The translations under genes and the position numbers were made by a program. From Phoronis australis (lineage: Eukaryota > Animalia > Phoronida): 64,000 bases of DNA. The stretch lies in NCBI GenBank assembly GCA_002633005.1, contig NMRA01000011.1:563395-627394 (forward strand), given 5' to 3'. Below, one piece after another: positions 48,434-59,920 of the stretch (positions within the stretch are counted from its first letter, which is position 1; every line of letters begins with the position of its first letter). The notes under the pieces are model-generated. The model was not told the origin of the DNA. It worked only from the letters and a program-made list of their open reading frames with translations, and made no database searches.

Positions 48434-51400
48434 CTGGAAACAGAAAAGTTGGAATGCATGAACACAGTGTAGTGGATAGTGTGTGCACGAGGGAAGCATG
48501 TCTTCCTTTGCACTTGGATAATTTGTAAATTTCGATCATGTTTTTCTGCCCCCCCCCCATGTCTACTGATTCATAGCTAGAAATGTAGGGTTTCCACAAA
48601 TTATTGAGAAATACGTTCCTTCCTAAATTTTGAGAGGGAGAGGGAGGTGGCGGCACAATTTTTGTAAGGAAATCCCGGTGGGCATAGACCGTTTGTCATC
48701 AAGGTCAACGAGTTCAAAGACAAGGAGCTTGTGGAGAGAAATGCTCTCTAACAGTGCTCTGTACAGAAGCTCAGAAGAGTTTTTGAAGCAAGGCGGGAAT
48801 TCAATTCCTATGTGCTACGAGCGATGGAAATCGGAAAAGAAGTATGAGTTAGTTTGGGCGAACTCGTAGTCGATAATAGTGTTTATCTTTAACTGTAAGA
48901 GACGTGACGAAGGATATAAAGTTAAACGTTCCTCTGCATCTGAGCTTTGGAGTGAATATGAGGCAGGCCGAGGCCNCCGAGGCTCTGGAATATAAATGGC
49001 TTAGTAAGCTCAAGCGAATCGGCGTGGTGTGTTTTGTCAAAACATGATGTCACTGCACTTCAAGACACGTGACGTTGCTATGTCAACAATCACCTCGATT
49101 TCAAAGGTAAGGCAAAAACGACTAGTAGCTTTACACACTCAGGAGGAATGGAGATGTTTGTCGAAAACCAGATCTCAAAATATCTTAGTGTTCAGAAGTC
49201 TTGACTTCGTAAATAACGGTTAAAACTGAGGAGAGGGCCAATGAGGCATCGAGTGTCATTTGTAACAGCTGGTTCGATCAACATATTTAGATGATAGGCC
49301 TATGTCTTTGAAAAACTTGAATATCACGTAAAATTTTAGAAATAATTTTTCCTCCTGTTACATTGTGATAGTGGCGATTTCAATGCATGTGGAGCAAGTT
49401 CGCAATGATGATGACGGTTACGTCATCGGAGAAGATTTACGACGCATGGACGGTGTGGGTGATGATAGAACAAGCATATCGCGGGCGTCACAAGACTGAA
49501 TTTAACCAGCATGAAATTGAAGTCCTGCATTTGTGCGAAAGATGATGTGGTGCTGACAAAGGTGTCGGAGACGTGTTCGGCAAATAATGGCTATAAGTCC
49601 ATCGTCCCAGAAACCCTGTTACAAAAGATGTTTGGTTTTATGTTGGACACCAAATTGATTGAGTCATCACTATTCATTAGAATATAAATTTCCAAAGCCT
49701 AATAACTTTCCGGTAAATGATAGATGCCTTAGCTGTTCATACAGTGAAATTGACAAGGAGGTAAATTGGAAAGATTCATATCTCGCAGCCCGTAGATGAC
49801 ACCTGAACTCGGCTGAAAATGTGATGTAATAGGAGCAAATTATTAAATGATAATAATGTAGATGGCGCTGAGGAAAACATTAACAAGCTGGTTAAGAAGC
49901 TTCTTCCGCGGCTTGAACTACAGCAAATGCGCAATAGGCTAAGGTTGGTTCGATCACGAATGTCAAGGACAAAAATTATTGTTTTGTAAGTTTTTGAGGT
50001 GTTACAGACTGCACAGACGACCCGGAAATGTATCTCTTTATTGAGAACAAAGAATAGGTAAAATGAAAAACGCGAAATGCTGGCTACCTAAGGCGTTACG
50101 AAAAGCGGACATTACTGGAAATCGATGAAACGGAACTCCTATTCTCATCGAGAGCTCGTGAAGCTTGCATTCGTACACAACAACTTCCAGGCGTGCTGAA
50201 TAACACTTGGACAAAGGCAAACAACTCTTTTTTTGTTACAAGTTGACGAATCCGATGTCAAACACATTCCGAAGTGCATGTAAATAAAGATGGCGGGGAA
50301 TGATAAGGGGCGCGAACGTCACTTCCTGAGTGACGCATCCATAATTAATTCGAACTGACTTCAAAGTTTACCTAGAACAGCCAGAAAATCTTAATGTAGA
50401 CAAAATTACGCTAAATCAAACCTCTTTTCAACACAATTACGGTCGGTTTTTTGTTGTTGGTCCTGTTTTGTCGTAGTTGCACTGTATGGAATTTCTATGC
50501 CATTCCCGATGTCATGTGCGCAGATACCTGATTACGAATCGGGAGAGGTAGAGTAGGGCATCCCACGGGGGTTTGGGGACTCTCCCAAAATTTCTTTAAC
50601 ATTTATTCGTGTTAACGTAAATTCTGGTTCACTCCAGCGGTAGCCTGTTATAATTTATGAATTAAACTTGCACTCCAAGAATCGCAGAAATATTTGTTTA
50701 CGATCGTCAGTACTTTGAGCACCTTAGTCCGTTTTAGGGATGGACGCTGTACAAAGACAACAAAAATCACGCCTCCACAGTCTGATTGACACGTGACAGT
50801 TTGTTATAAACATCTTTCCCATCAACAATGCTTTCCTAACAACGACCTTCGCAAGTAATTTACTATTCTTGGAATTCTTTGGGAAAAATGTTGATACTTT
50901 CATCGTTGTGAAACAATCGACAACATTCACTTGTTTTTGTGTAATTCAGTGGTCTTTAAGTTCTTTAAACTACATCCTTTCGAAGACGGTCAATACGATT
51001 GTTAATTGTTTCAATGGTCTTACATTTTATTGTTCAGACCGCGTGCCTTGATGTTGCTGTGCTTTACGCGAACATGCTACTTCTCTTAGTGAATAGTTTA
51101 CACTGTCGGATTTATATGGGGCAAATGGGCAATTGCCCACGGCCACCCCTCTAAGAGAGGATCCCGTCTGAAAAGAGATACCCTAGATATGAAAGGCTTT
51201 ATCATCACCAAAAGAGGGAGAGAGTGACCGGTTATTCCATCACCGGGGGGCCCTCTTTGAAAACTGGAAAAGATAGGAGCTTGATTTCATCAATGCGGCC
51301 CCTTCCTTAAGCGGCAACTTTTAACTATTAAAAAAGAAAAGGCATATTTTTTTAAATATAACAAAGAGTACCCATACATGCCACGAACGGGCCCCCTCCA

Positions 51401-53299
51401 AAATCTGGAGCTTCTAAACATGAAAGGGTATATAATTTCAAAAACAGAAAAAAGAGCAGCAATTGATGCTATCATCAAGCCCCCCCCCCCTGACAGGTTC
51501 CCAGTTTATATCAAGTCATATACAATGCCAAAAAACGCAAAAGGGGAGTTACAGACTGATTCAATAATCCCTTTGCAGAGGAGTCTCCAGAGAAATACAG
51601 TTTTGCACTGCATAAAAACTGCTTTTTGGAATTTACCAATATGAATCAATTTCCTGTGCAAAACCTATGCTTACTAAATCTTCTCGGGCTTTTCAGACAA
51701 GTCTTGTGAGTAAGAGCACATTTTGAAGTGCGTTCGGGTGATCTGGGTACTGCAGAAAACTGGAGCTCCCTTACAATAATGTCCTGACCAGGCTCTCAAA
51801 AGGTAAATCTAGCACTGACAGTTAAGAAAATGATGTTCTAAGTGGACTGCCCCCGGCACTACGTCTATGCCGCTGACAACGGTTTCACCTTGACGACGAC
51901 GCCTCCCCCCCGCTTTCCTATTATCCTGCCTCACAGGGGGCACGGTCATGTCGGCACAAGAGCTGAACAAGACAGTCGTAACTCTGTTATTATTTTTTTC
52001 ATTTGCGGTTGTCAGCAGGTGATGTTAAACTAACAGCCCATGATATTGCAGGCCAAATGGGAAAAAGAACGCGGTCTTGAATGAAATTCCGGACGTATAC
52101 GCCCTTAACTTTAAACCAACCAAGGATAAGCTAATAAGGCACAAGAGACGTGTTGCTACAGATCCGTTATTACGACTAGTGCACACCCACACACGCGCAC
52201 CCAACCCACAGTCCTCCTCCCCCACACAGTTGCACAATCGGGGGGTACTTGTTGGTATAGATTTATTACTACGGCTTAAGCACCTACACACAGTTGTCTT
52301 ACCTCTGCCTACTTTCTAAAGTTACCGGATATTTCCGTAACTGTATCGAGCAGATGGCATTTTCGGCGCCAAATGACACATTCAAAATATCCGCCAATGG
52401 GTGCATTTGGCTGTGTCAATTGCGTTAGAATTCCGTGGTCTGTATTTAATTGAAAAATTCCCAAGACATTGTTCTCAATTATATACCGTATATTTTCGCA
52501 ATTTGGATCAGACATTCGACGACCACGCATGTCAATCAACATGATTTTGCTATACATTCAAATTTGTTCACAACACAACAATACGTATGAATCCCTACAT
52601 GAGAAATTCAGAAAAAAAACGTAATATTCTAGGAACATGACATGTCACGGAAAAGGGATTTGCGCATGCAATGTCTTCGTGTTTTATCAATATTCGAAAA
52701 TGACAGTACTGTTTTAGTACCAGTTATTACAAAATGGGAATTCCGAGATTTTCGGTCATTTTTCAGTCATCTAAGAACAGCAAAACGGTACAGCTAACTA
52801 CGCAGTTTTTTATTTAGACCTCATAATCGTTACAAAATTAATCCCTATGCAAACTGGAGGTGATTTCAGAGCGACGAAAGAAGTGAAACACACTACAGGT
52901 TGGCTTGTCAAGACGTGTCACGTTGATGCGCCGAGCATACTCTCAAAGAATAGCAAACTGTCAGTTCCTTGCGAATCAAGAAATCACTTCTCATCTGAGA
53001 AAGTAACAAGTTGAGACCTGTTTTATAACGGAAATGCTCTAAATCAAAAGTTCCTTTCATGGGCGGAACACGGGTTTATAGCCGCTTAAAACCGAAAGTT
53101 ATCCGTACACTCCAGCGAATGATGAGCGTGAGTCACATTCATGGACAGTGCGACACCTATCGTAGTTCTGCTCGACAGCTATTCGCTTGTGTTTTCCCAC
53201 TTTCAATTAAAGGTGTCACATAAAGTAACGGCCGCTTCTTGATTCCGTTTTTCACGTTGATACTGTTTTGGGCTGTCGTTTAGGTTTGCACTTGGTAAT

Positions 53300-55470
53300 C
53301 ATTTGATGAGTTTTATTACCATTCCCACGTTTTACCCGCGGATGTGTGGTTGCAGGTTGACACACCTACCGCTTCCCAACTGGGTTCTTCGTGACGTGTT
53401 TCAATCGATCTATCGATCGTCTTCACTCCCTCTGGCATTGAGGTCACTGGGTCCTCTTGGGAAGTTATCACCCACTTAAGAGTCATCTTCCGGACCCTCC
53501 ACCGGGGTGTCACCTGACTGGTCCTTGCTGACGGTAGCCACAGTCAGCTGTCACACTACATCACCCGAGTCCAAAATGCCAGGAACGTTCCTAGCAATCA
53601 AATCGGACGTTGAACGTTCCATGCACATCACAAACACTTATACTATGCTGTACGGTGTGCTGATGTTCATTCTGGTGACAGGCAGTCATCTCTTGGTTGA
53701 GTCTGCCAACTCATATGCCCACTTCTGCTAGGTAATATGTCTAGGTCGAGATTAGGTCGAACCACAATGGTGGTGGTGCCTGAGACTCTCAGCACTGACA
53801 CCTTTGCGCTGACGTACGCGTCCTTTAGGCTCAGCTTTCCTTGGAAGTTGCTTTCAGGGTTAGCACGCTATCCCGCCTTTCTATCCTCACTCTTGGAGCC
53901 GCGGTGGTTGACTACTTCGGAATTCTTGTCACTTCCCTTGAATTCGCTTCCGGCAGTCCCTAGCCAGGTGTCCAATCTTGTTACAGCTAACAGCTTTCCT
54001 CTACGAGGCTAGTCTTTTTGGTGGATCCTTCGGGAGTCTGGCTTGATTGTGTGATCTTGGGACCTTTTCTTGAGAGCTGGCCGGGTTCTCGAAATATCCA
54101 TTTCACCGGCTTCTCTGCCAAGTTAACACTGAATACAGTTGCACATTGCTTGGCATAGATTGTGTTAAAATAGCATTGTCGTTTATATCCAGCTATACGA
54201 TACGTTAACATAGTTAGAAGCATGCAAATACATCTTTAAGGTCAGATGTTCGCGCACCAGCATATCTCTCAGCTCTGCGAATTTTTTGCTGTAATCAGAT
54301 ATGTCTATTCACCAGTATAGAGAGCGCTGTAGGCAGGCCAAGACTTGGCAAACCTTGTCGTCTCTTTTAGTCCTGGCTTTCCGAAACTGCTTGCGAAAAC
54401 CCTCCTCAGTCAGTTCAGAATAGAACAAAGTCCAGTGCATCGGCCATGGGCAGGTTAGTGTAAACCTGTAGGGGACTAAAATTAAATGTCCATTCACTCT
54501 GGATCCAAACCTTTCTATGCAGTTATCGTTGTCCTCCTGCTTCTCATTAAATTTGAATAACTTTGACTTGACGCCACCTGTCATCATTGCGGGGTTACCT
54601 TATGCTTCAACCTGTTCAGTTCTTTATGAGGCCAGGACCCTCGTGTGTTCTGTTTGTCTAGGCTCCGTATGCCGCTCGGCCTTCGCCTTCACCTCTGCCT
54701 TCCGAACTTCCCAGCCTTTTTGATTTCAGACCCATACTCCAATCTTTATTCCTCCACCGCACGGGCCTCCGCTTTCTGTCTAAGGTTGTCCCCTTATAGA
54801 TAAGAGTGCCATCGACACCCTTAGCTGTGACCTGGTCTCCATATTGAGTTGCTTACTCCAACAGTCCACTTCGTCACTCCTTCTTAATATCAACTGACTA
54901 CAGACGTGCTCACAAATAATCACGTTTTCTCTGTGGATGGGTAGGCGCAGGTCGCCGCTGGCCGGTGGTACATAGCTTTCAGTGCGATGACTGAAGACTG
55001 ATTACAGCTCACCACTTTATTAATCTCGAGCAAACGTAAGCACAAGTTCACTCAAAGAAAACTTCTGGCGTAATGTCTATTCTGTGCTCCAGCCAGTGCT
55101 ATGAAGTCTTGACTTGCAACGAACTCTTGAGTCACCATCAGCAACTGTTACACTCGTTCATTGATTCAATAACTTGCTGTCTCTATAGCTGGTTCTCTGT
55201 TGACGAATGTTGTAACTGGTGATTATGTTACTGTTGACTTTAACACTGTAACTGACTCTCACTAACTATTTATAGGTTAGCAATGTTCCGGACCATTTCA
55301 CCGATTCATCACATTCTAGAACTTTCTAGAATTTTCCCAATTATTCACATACTAAGGCTCTAGAACTTCCCAGCTCAGGTTCTGTATCAGTCACCAACAT
55401 GCCAGAACCTACTGGAATGTTCTTACATATTCCATTGAGAACAAAATACATAATCACTGACCTGACCTGA
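53300..55470 (-). mobile_element. Decayed Gypsy LTR retrotransposon 5' part (LTR, gag, protease) in an intron of the coiled-coil gene
   Basis: Gag-like KLFKFNEKQEDNDNCIERF / ELTEEGFRKQFRKA at 54310-54590. Protease-like VSVLRVSGTTTIVVR (decayed LRDTG) at ~53755-53805. LTR-like ~54950-55470 is shared with 43876-44418. Confidence 0.7.
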
Positions 55471-57864
55471 TAGGTCATGTCCATCAAGTGCCATCTTCTA
55501 GTAAACTATGTAGACTAAAAGAATAGCAAAATAGAACTTATAGAATCACAACCAGTGTCAGTTTACACCTGACAACCAACTTCGGTTGGTACCGACCGTG
55601 CACCATTCAAGGGATAGTCGCTGAAACTTGCTTAGGAATTCACTCAAGTAGGTATGTACTTTCACATGAACAACATTTCCATGATCTTGTTCAATAGAAT
55701 AACTGAGAAATTTTGATTCAAATAGGTGTAGAGATCAACTAATTTGTGCACGTTTTATGCCCTTTCTCATTTTCTATTGTTTCTAAGGTTTCCTTTGAGA
55801 CGGTTAGTTATGTTTTGCTTCAATAGTGATCTTTTCATTTCGATTGGTAGTGACAGTCTATAAATACTGAATCCATCATGGCACGTGTCCTAACGTATCC
55901 GAAATTTTCGGGTTGAAGCATTTAAGAAATTACTGCCGTCGTTGTTCATCACTCTACCCATGAATACAAAATAGCTACAAGTAAAAAGATATGTGTTTTG
56001 TCATATTCCCCTTTACCGGACTGTGCAGGGGCTACGAACTCGAGCGCTTTCTGGGTTATGTATATTCATTGTATTCTGAAGATTTCATAATAAACATTAA
56101 TAAAAATAAGTCTCGTCTGAATTCACTTAGTGACACATTTTCTATAATTCTTTTTACCAATGTGTCGCGTCATACGCGCTAGTTTGTGTAAATTTTCTCT
56201 TATGGGCGTCAACGTGGCTCCATAGATTCTCTCATGGAAGGAGTCGGTAGGAACGGGTGAGTCCTGTCGCCTGCATACACCTTCTAGTTGGATGATGATC
56301 AGCTGGCGTCTGAGTGTGAGCTTAGTGTGAACCGAGTCACGTGTGGTTAATTTACCCTTCTGTGTATTTCGTCTCCCAGTGAACAATTTGGCTTTCGTCG
56401 AAATGGGGAAATATTTTGTTGTGTTAATGGCTCTGATATGATTTTTTATCAGATGACATTACATGTTGGTCACCGATTACTCAGCACTACTTTGGTATTG
56501 ATTTGAATGTTCGGTGTCACCCTCCTGCCACTATTTAGAAGGGCACCTCGAGGGTAGTAATCCGAGTCGTATCTTACCAACCTATTATGAGAGCACTGGA
56601 AAAGATCGGCTGTACACGACTGGAACTGATGACTGAGAAGAGCTGCTTAGGTTTCGCAGCGACAATGTTGCGATGTCGTAAGGATGTAGTTCAAGAAATA
56701 TGTCGGAATTCATCAGCATAAGGAAATAAGGCATGGTACAGAAATGGCATATCGATCCCCTTAATCGCATGCTATTTATCTTAGTTTGAGTGATCATGAT
56801 GCTATCCAGTCAACGCATAAATAGATTAACTGTCATTGAATTTTGGACAAACTGCTTTCGCACGCAAACAGTAAAAACACGTTCTTACCCAATGAACAGC
56901 ACTATTATTATATCAAAATGTGCACGGGATTAATATGTTTTTCCAAATGATTTCGTCAAAGGTAGGTTCATTACTGAGATCAACCGATAGGCTATTTTGA
57001 CTTAGGTGTTTAGTGCTTTTACAATCTCCACAGGGATCGCTAAGTTAGAAAATAAGTTACCGGTATGTTGGGTTTTACTGCCAACACGAAATAAGGATGT
57101 GAGCATGAATTAAATCACTATGTCTTGAAAACGTTCGCTGGTTTTTGCAATCCACTGGCTACATGAGTGTATTGGGATTTCACCAGACACCTTAGTTTTG
57201 AATTACCGATGTTCAGTCAAAGAGGCTCGGATAAGAAATTCAATGCACGTTTTGCGGGTATACTATATCGCGAAAGTCGGTAGAAAAGATTACTACTACT
57301 AATATACATATGCATACACACATACATGTCTTATTTTCGATATCATCCGGTGAATTATAATAACAATCTTTTATGTATTCACTCCTGAAAGTTATAATGA
57401 GCTTATGTAATAAACTAAATTATTCTCAAGTGTTAAGCAATGAACAAGTGACTTCATTTTTTTTCAAAGTTACAAAGAATGGCCATTCCTTCCTACTTCT
57501 GGTCTTAGCATGAGTATCTCTGACAAACTGGTCTTTAACTTTTATTGCCCTCATAGCAATTGTTTTATACATTTACAAGGCATGAAAAGAGCACCTGCAA
57601 TTGATATAGTGAGCAACTTTAGAAGGATTAGCTTACGCGGCCAAAGTAGGGGGCTCTTTTTGAGTTGTCGACGCGCTGAGTGACTTGTTTGTGGTGAAAA
57701 AGGTTTTCATTTTGCATTATGGAAAGGAAAGGCTTGGAACATGTTTTGTGCGTTCGACTAAGCTGGCTTATACTTTGCTTTTTGGATAATGAGTAAAAAA
57801 GAAATGAGCCTGTAATGCAAATGTCTAATGACTACATTGTTTCCTGCTTATCTGCAGACTTTAC

Positions 57865-58197
57865 CTGCGTATCTCTCTGAGCCACGCCGCCTGGTGGGTT
57901 CGACCTTCTGTCGCCCAAATGCACCGCACATGGCCATCAATCCCGTTCCCAAAGTTGGCTCATCACCCCCGGAGCCCAGTTTAATGTGAAGAACCGCTCT
58001 CTTGATCATCCCCTTTAGCTTTCCGTAACGACGGAATATTTCAAAGTTTTTCGATTCCTCGTATTCGTCTTGAAGTCTCTCGATAATCTGCCGGAGTTTC
58101 TTCTGTTCTTGTACCAAAGTATCGTATTCACTCCATAACTGTTCATTGTCTTTACGAATATCGGATTTTGATTTTGAGCCGCTTTTTTCATGATTAC
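57865..58197 (-). CDS. Uncharacterised coiled-coil repeat protein, internal exon (333 nt, phase 1-1)
   Basis: NHEKSGSKSKSDIRKDNEQLWSEYDTLVQEQKKLRQIIERLQDEYEESKNFEIFRRYGKLKGMIKRAVLHIK...GSERYA. Acceptor tttccatctgcag, donor CAG|GTAAAG; it splices in frame to 48433. Confidence 0.82.
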
Positions 58198-58287
58198 CTG
58201 CAGATGGAAACAGAGTCGGTTTAAATTAAAAGAATATCTGGACACTCGTAGACATTTTTGTATATGTCCACACTACCGAAATCAACA

Positions 58288-58288
58288 G

Positions 58289-58331
<43 letters not shown>
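58288..58331. repeat. (GCCT)11 microsatellite
   Basis: Perfect tetranucleotide run. Confidence 0.95.
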
Positions 58332-58332
<1 letters not shown>

Positions 58333-59361
58333 AGATATCCTTAAATACGAATTATGCAAAAATAAAATAAAACAACATCGTCGTGTAAATGTTAGCCGTA
58401 AATCCTCAATGGCAAAACCCCCATCTCTGAAAATTCAATACCTGAAACAACCCCCAAACTCTTACAATAATGCTGCAAAAACTTCCGGCAATAAACTCTA
58501 AATTATTTTAATTTTACTCGTTATACGAAACTCATCTAATGTTTCTCTGTAAGTAATCAATCTCTTCGTGAATTCGTGTTTTAAAACTTCCAAAGGTAGG
58601 AAATACAGTCCAGATCACGACTAACAACGATTAATATAGCACTCGTAATTATACAAACAGTTATGTATAGCTAAAATAAGAACAGTTTGATTATACACAA
58701 TCCATCTTTTCATAATTTCACTCAAAACTGATTTCGTCACGTGCTATTGCACGATTGGTGCTTAGGGAGAGATAAAAGCTATACAGGGGTTAATCACGCT
58801 TGCCGAGTTAGCAGACTTAGCATACAATTTTCAAAGTTACCCCAACGTTTTAAGTGTTGACGAAGGCTACAGAGCATTATTTTGTAATAAATAGCAAAGT
58901 GGATTCGTCGTTATGATAATGATTTATTAATGGAATAAAACGTGTTTTAATGTCCATTTAGAAAATTAAAGGGAAAAGGTTCACGTAAGTAAATGCAAAA
59001 TTGTTGTTTTTTGTTATGTAAATATGTTATCATCTTACTGAATAACGTTATCCACTGTTATTTTACGGTATTTAACTTTACTTTAAAGTAATTTCCATTT
59101 CATTACACGTCATTCACAGAAATAAAAATTTTGGATTATTAATTTACTTGTAGTAAATCTTGTCTCCGACTGATTGAGGCGTACACATGCGTCTTAACTA
59201 GCAATTTTGATGGCTACTGATTAACTCAATTGNTTCCTAAACGGACCCATCTTCGGCGGCGAATTCCATATTCACATTCATTCAAACGGAGACGAGCCTC
59301 AAATCAAGAAACGCGGCGAGACTGTCTAGCTATGCTGTCTCAAGGTCAATTCGGTACTCAC

Positions 59362-59398
59362 GCGCGGGAAAGCTTTGCCGACAGTTATTTGTAAACAT
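59362..59398 (-). CDS. Candidate first coding exon A of the coiled-coil gene (MFTNNCRQSFPA)
   Basis: aaaATG, 37 nt, then a GTGAGT donor in phase 1, matching the acceptor at 58197. Confidence 0.45.
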
Positions 59399-59651
59399 TT
59401 TTTGCGTTTTAGTATTACAACTTCAAAGACTATTTATTAGATTCTAACTTGAATATTTGCTACGAAAGCTGAATGCAATTTACAATTGTTAAGTTTAAAA
59501 TAAAACTATTAACAAAAAGTAACTGAATTACTTTACATTGCGCAAGTGTGTTTTTACAAAAGTTGCGTCATGTGGTTTAAAGTTTTAGATACGTCGAGTT
59601 TTTCGGCAAAAAAGAAGTTCATGTGAGAAAACAAATCTTACACTTATCTCA

Positions 59652-59725
59652 CAAAACCTGTTGGAAATTTCGTCAAAATCCCTCGGCTAGCCTCGGGATT
59701 TTGACGAAATTTCCTAGAGGTTTTG
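59652..59725. repeat. Foldback hairpin with a 20-bp perfect inner stem
   Basis: GGAAATTTCGTCAAAATCCC at 59663-59682 pairs with GGGATTTTGACGAAATTTCC at 59695-59714. Confidence 0.85.
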
Positions 59726-59886
59726 CCCATGTCATAAACCTGACACTCGTGTAGGATTCTCTATGCACGGACTAGCTTAAATACATGTATACACGATAGG
59801 CTCCTCGTACGTTTAGCCAGATGCATAAGGCAAACCACGGTGCCGTTTCTTGGCCTATTTCGCCTGGCAACACCTTTGGCACTCAC

Positions 59887-59920
59887 TGAACGACCGAACA
59901 ACATTGACACGGAAAAACAT
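59887..59920 (-). CDS. Candidate first coding exon B of the coiled-coil gene (MFFRVNVVRSF)
   Basis: ataATG, 34 nt, then a GTGAGT donor in phase 1. Confidence 0.4.
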
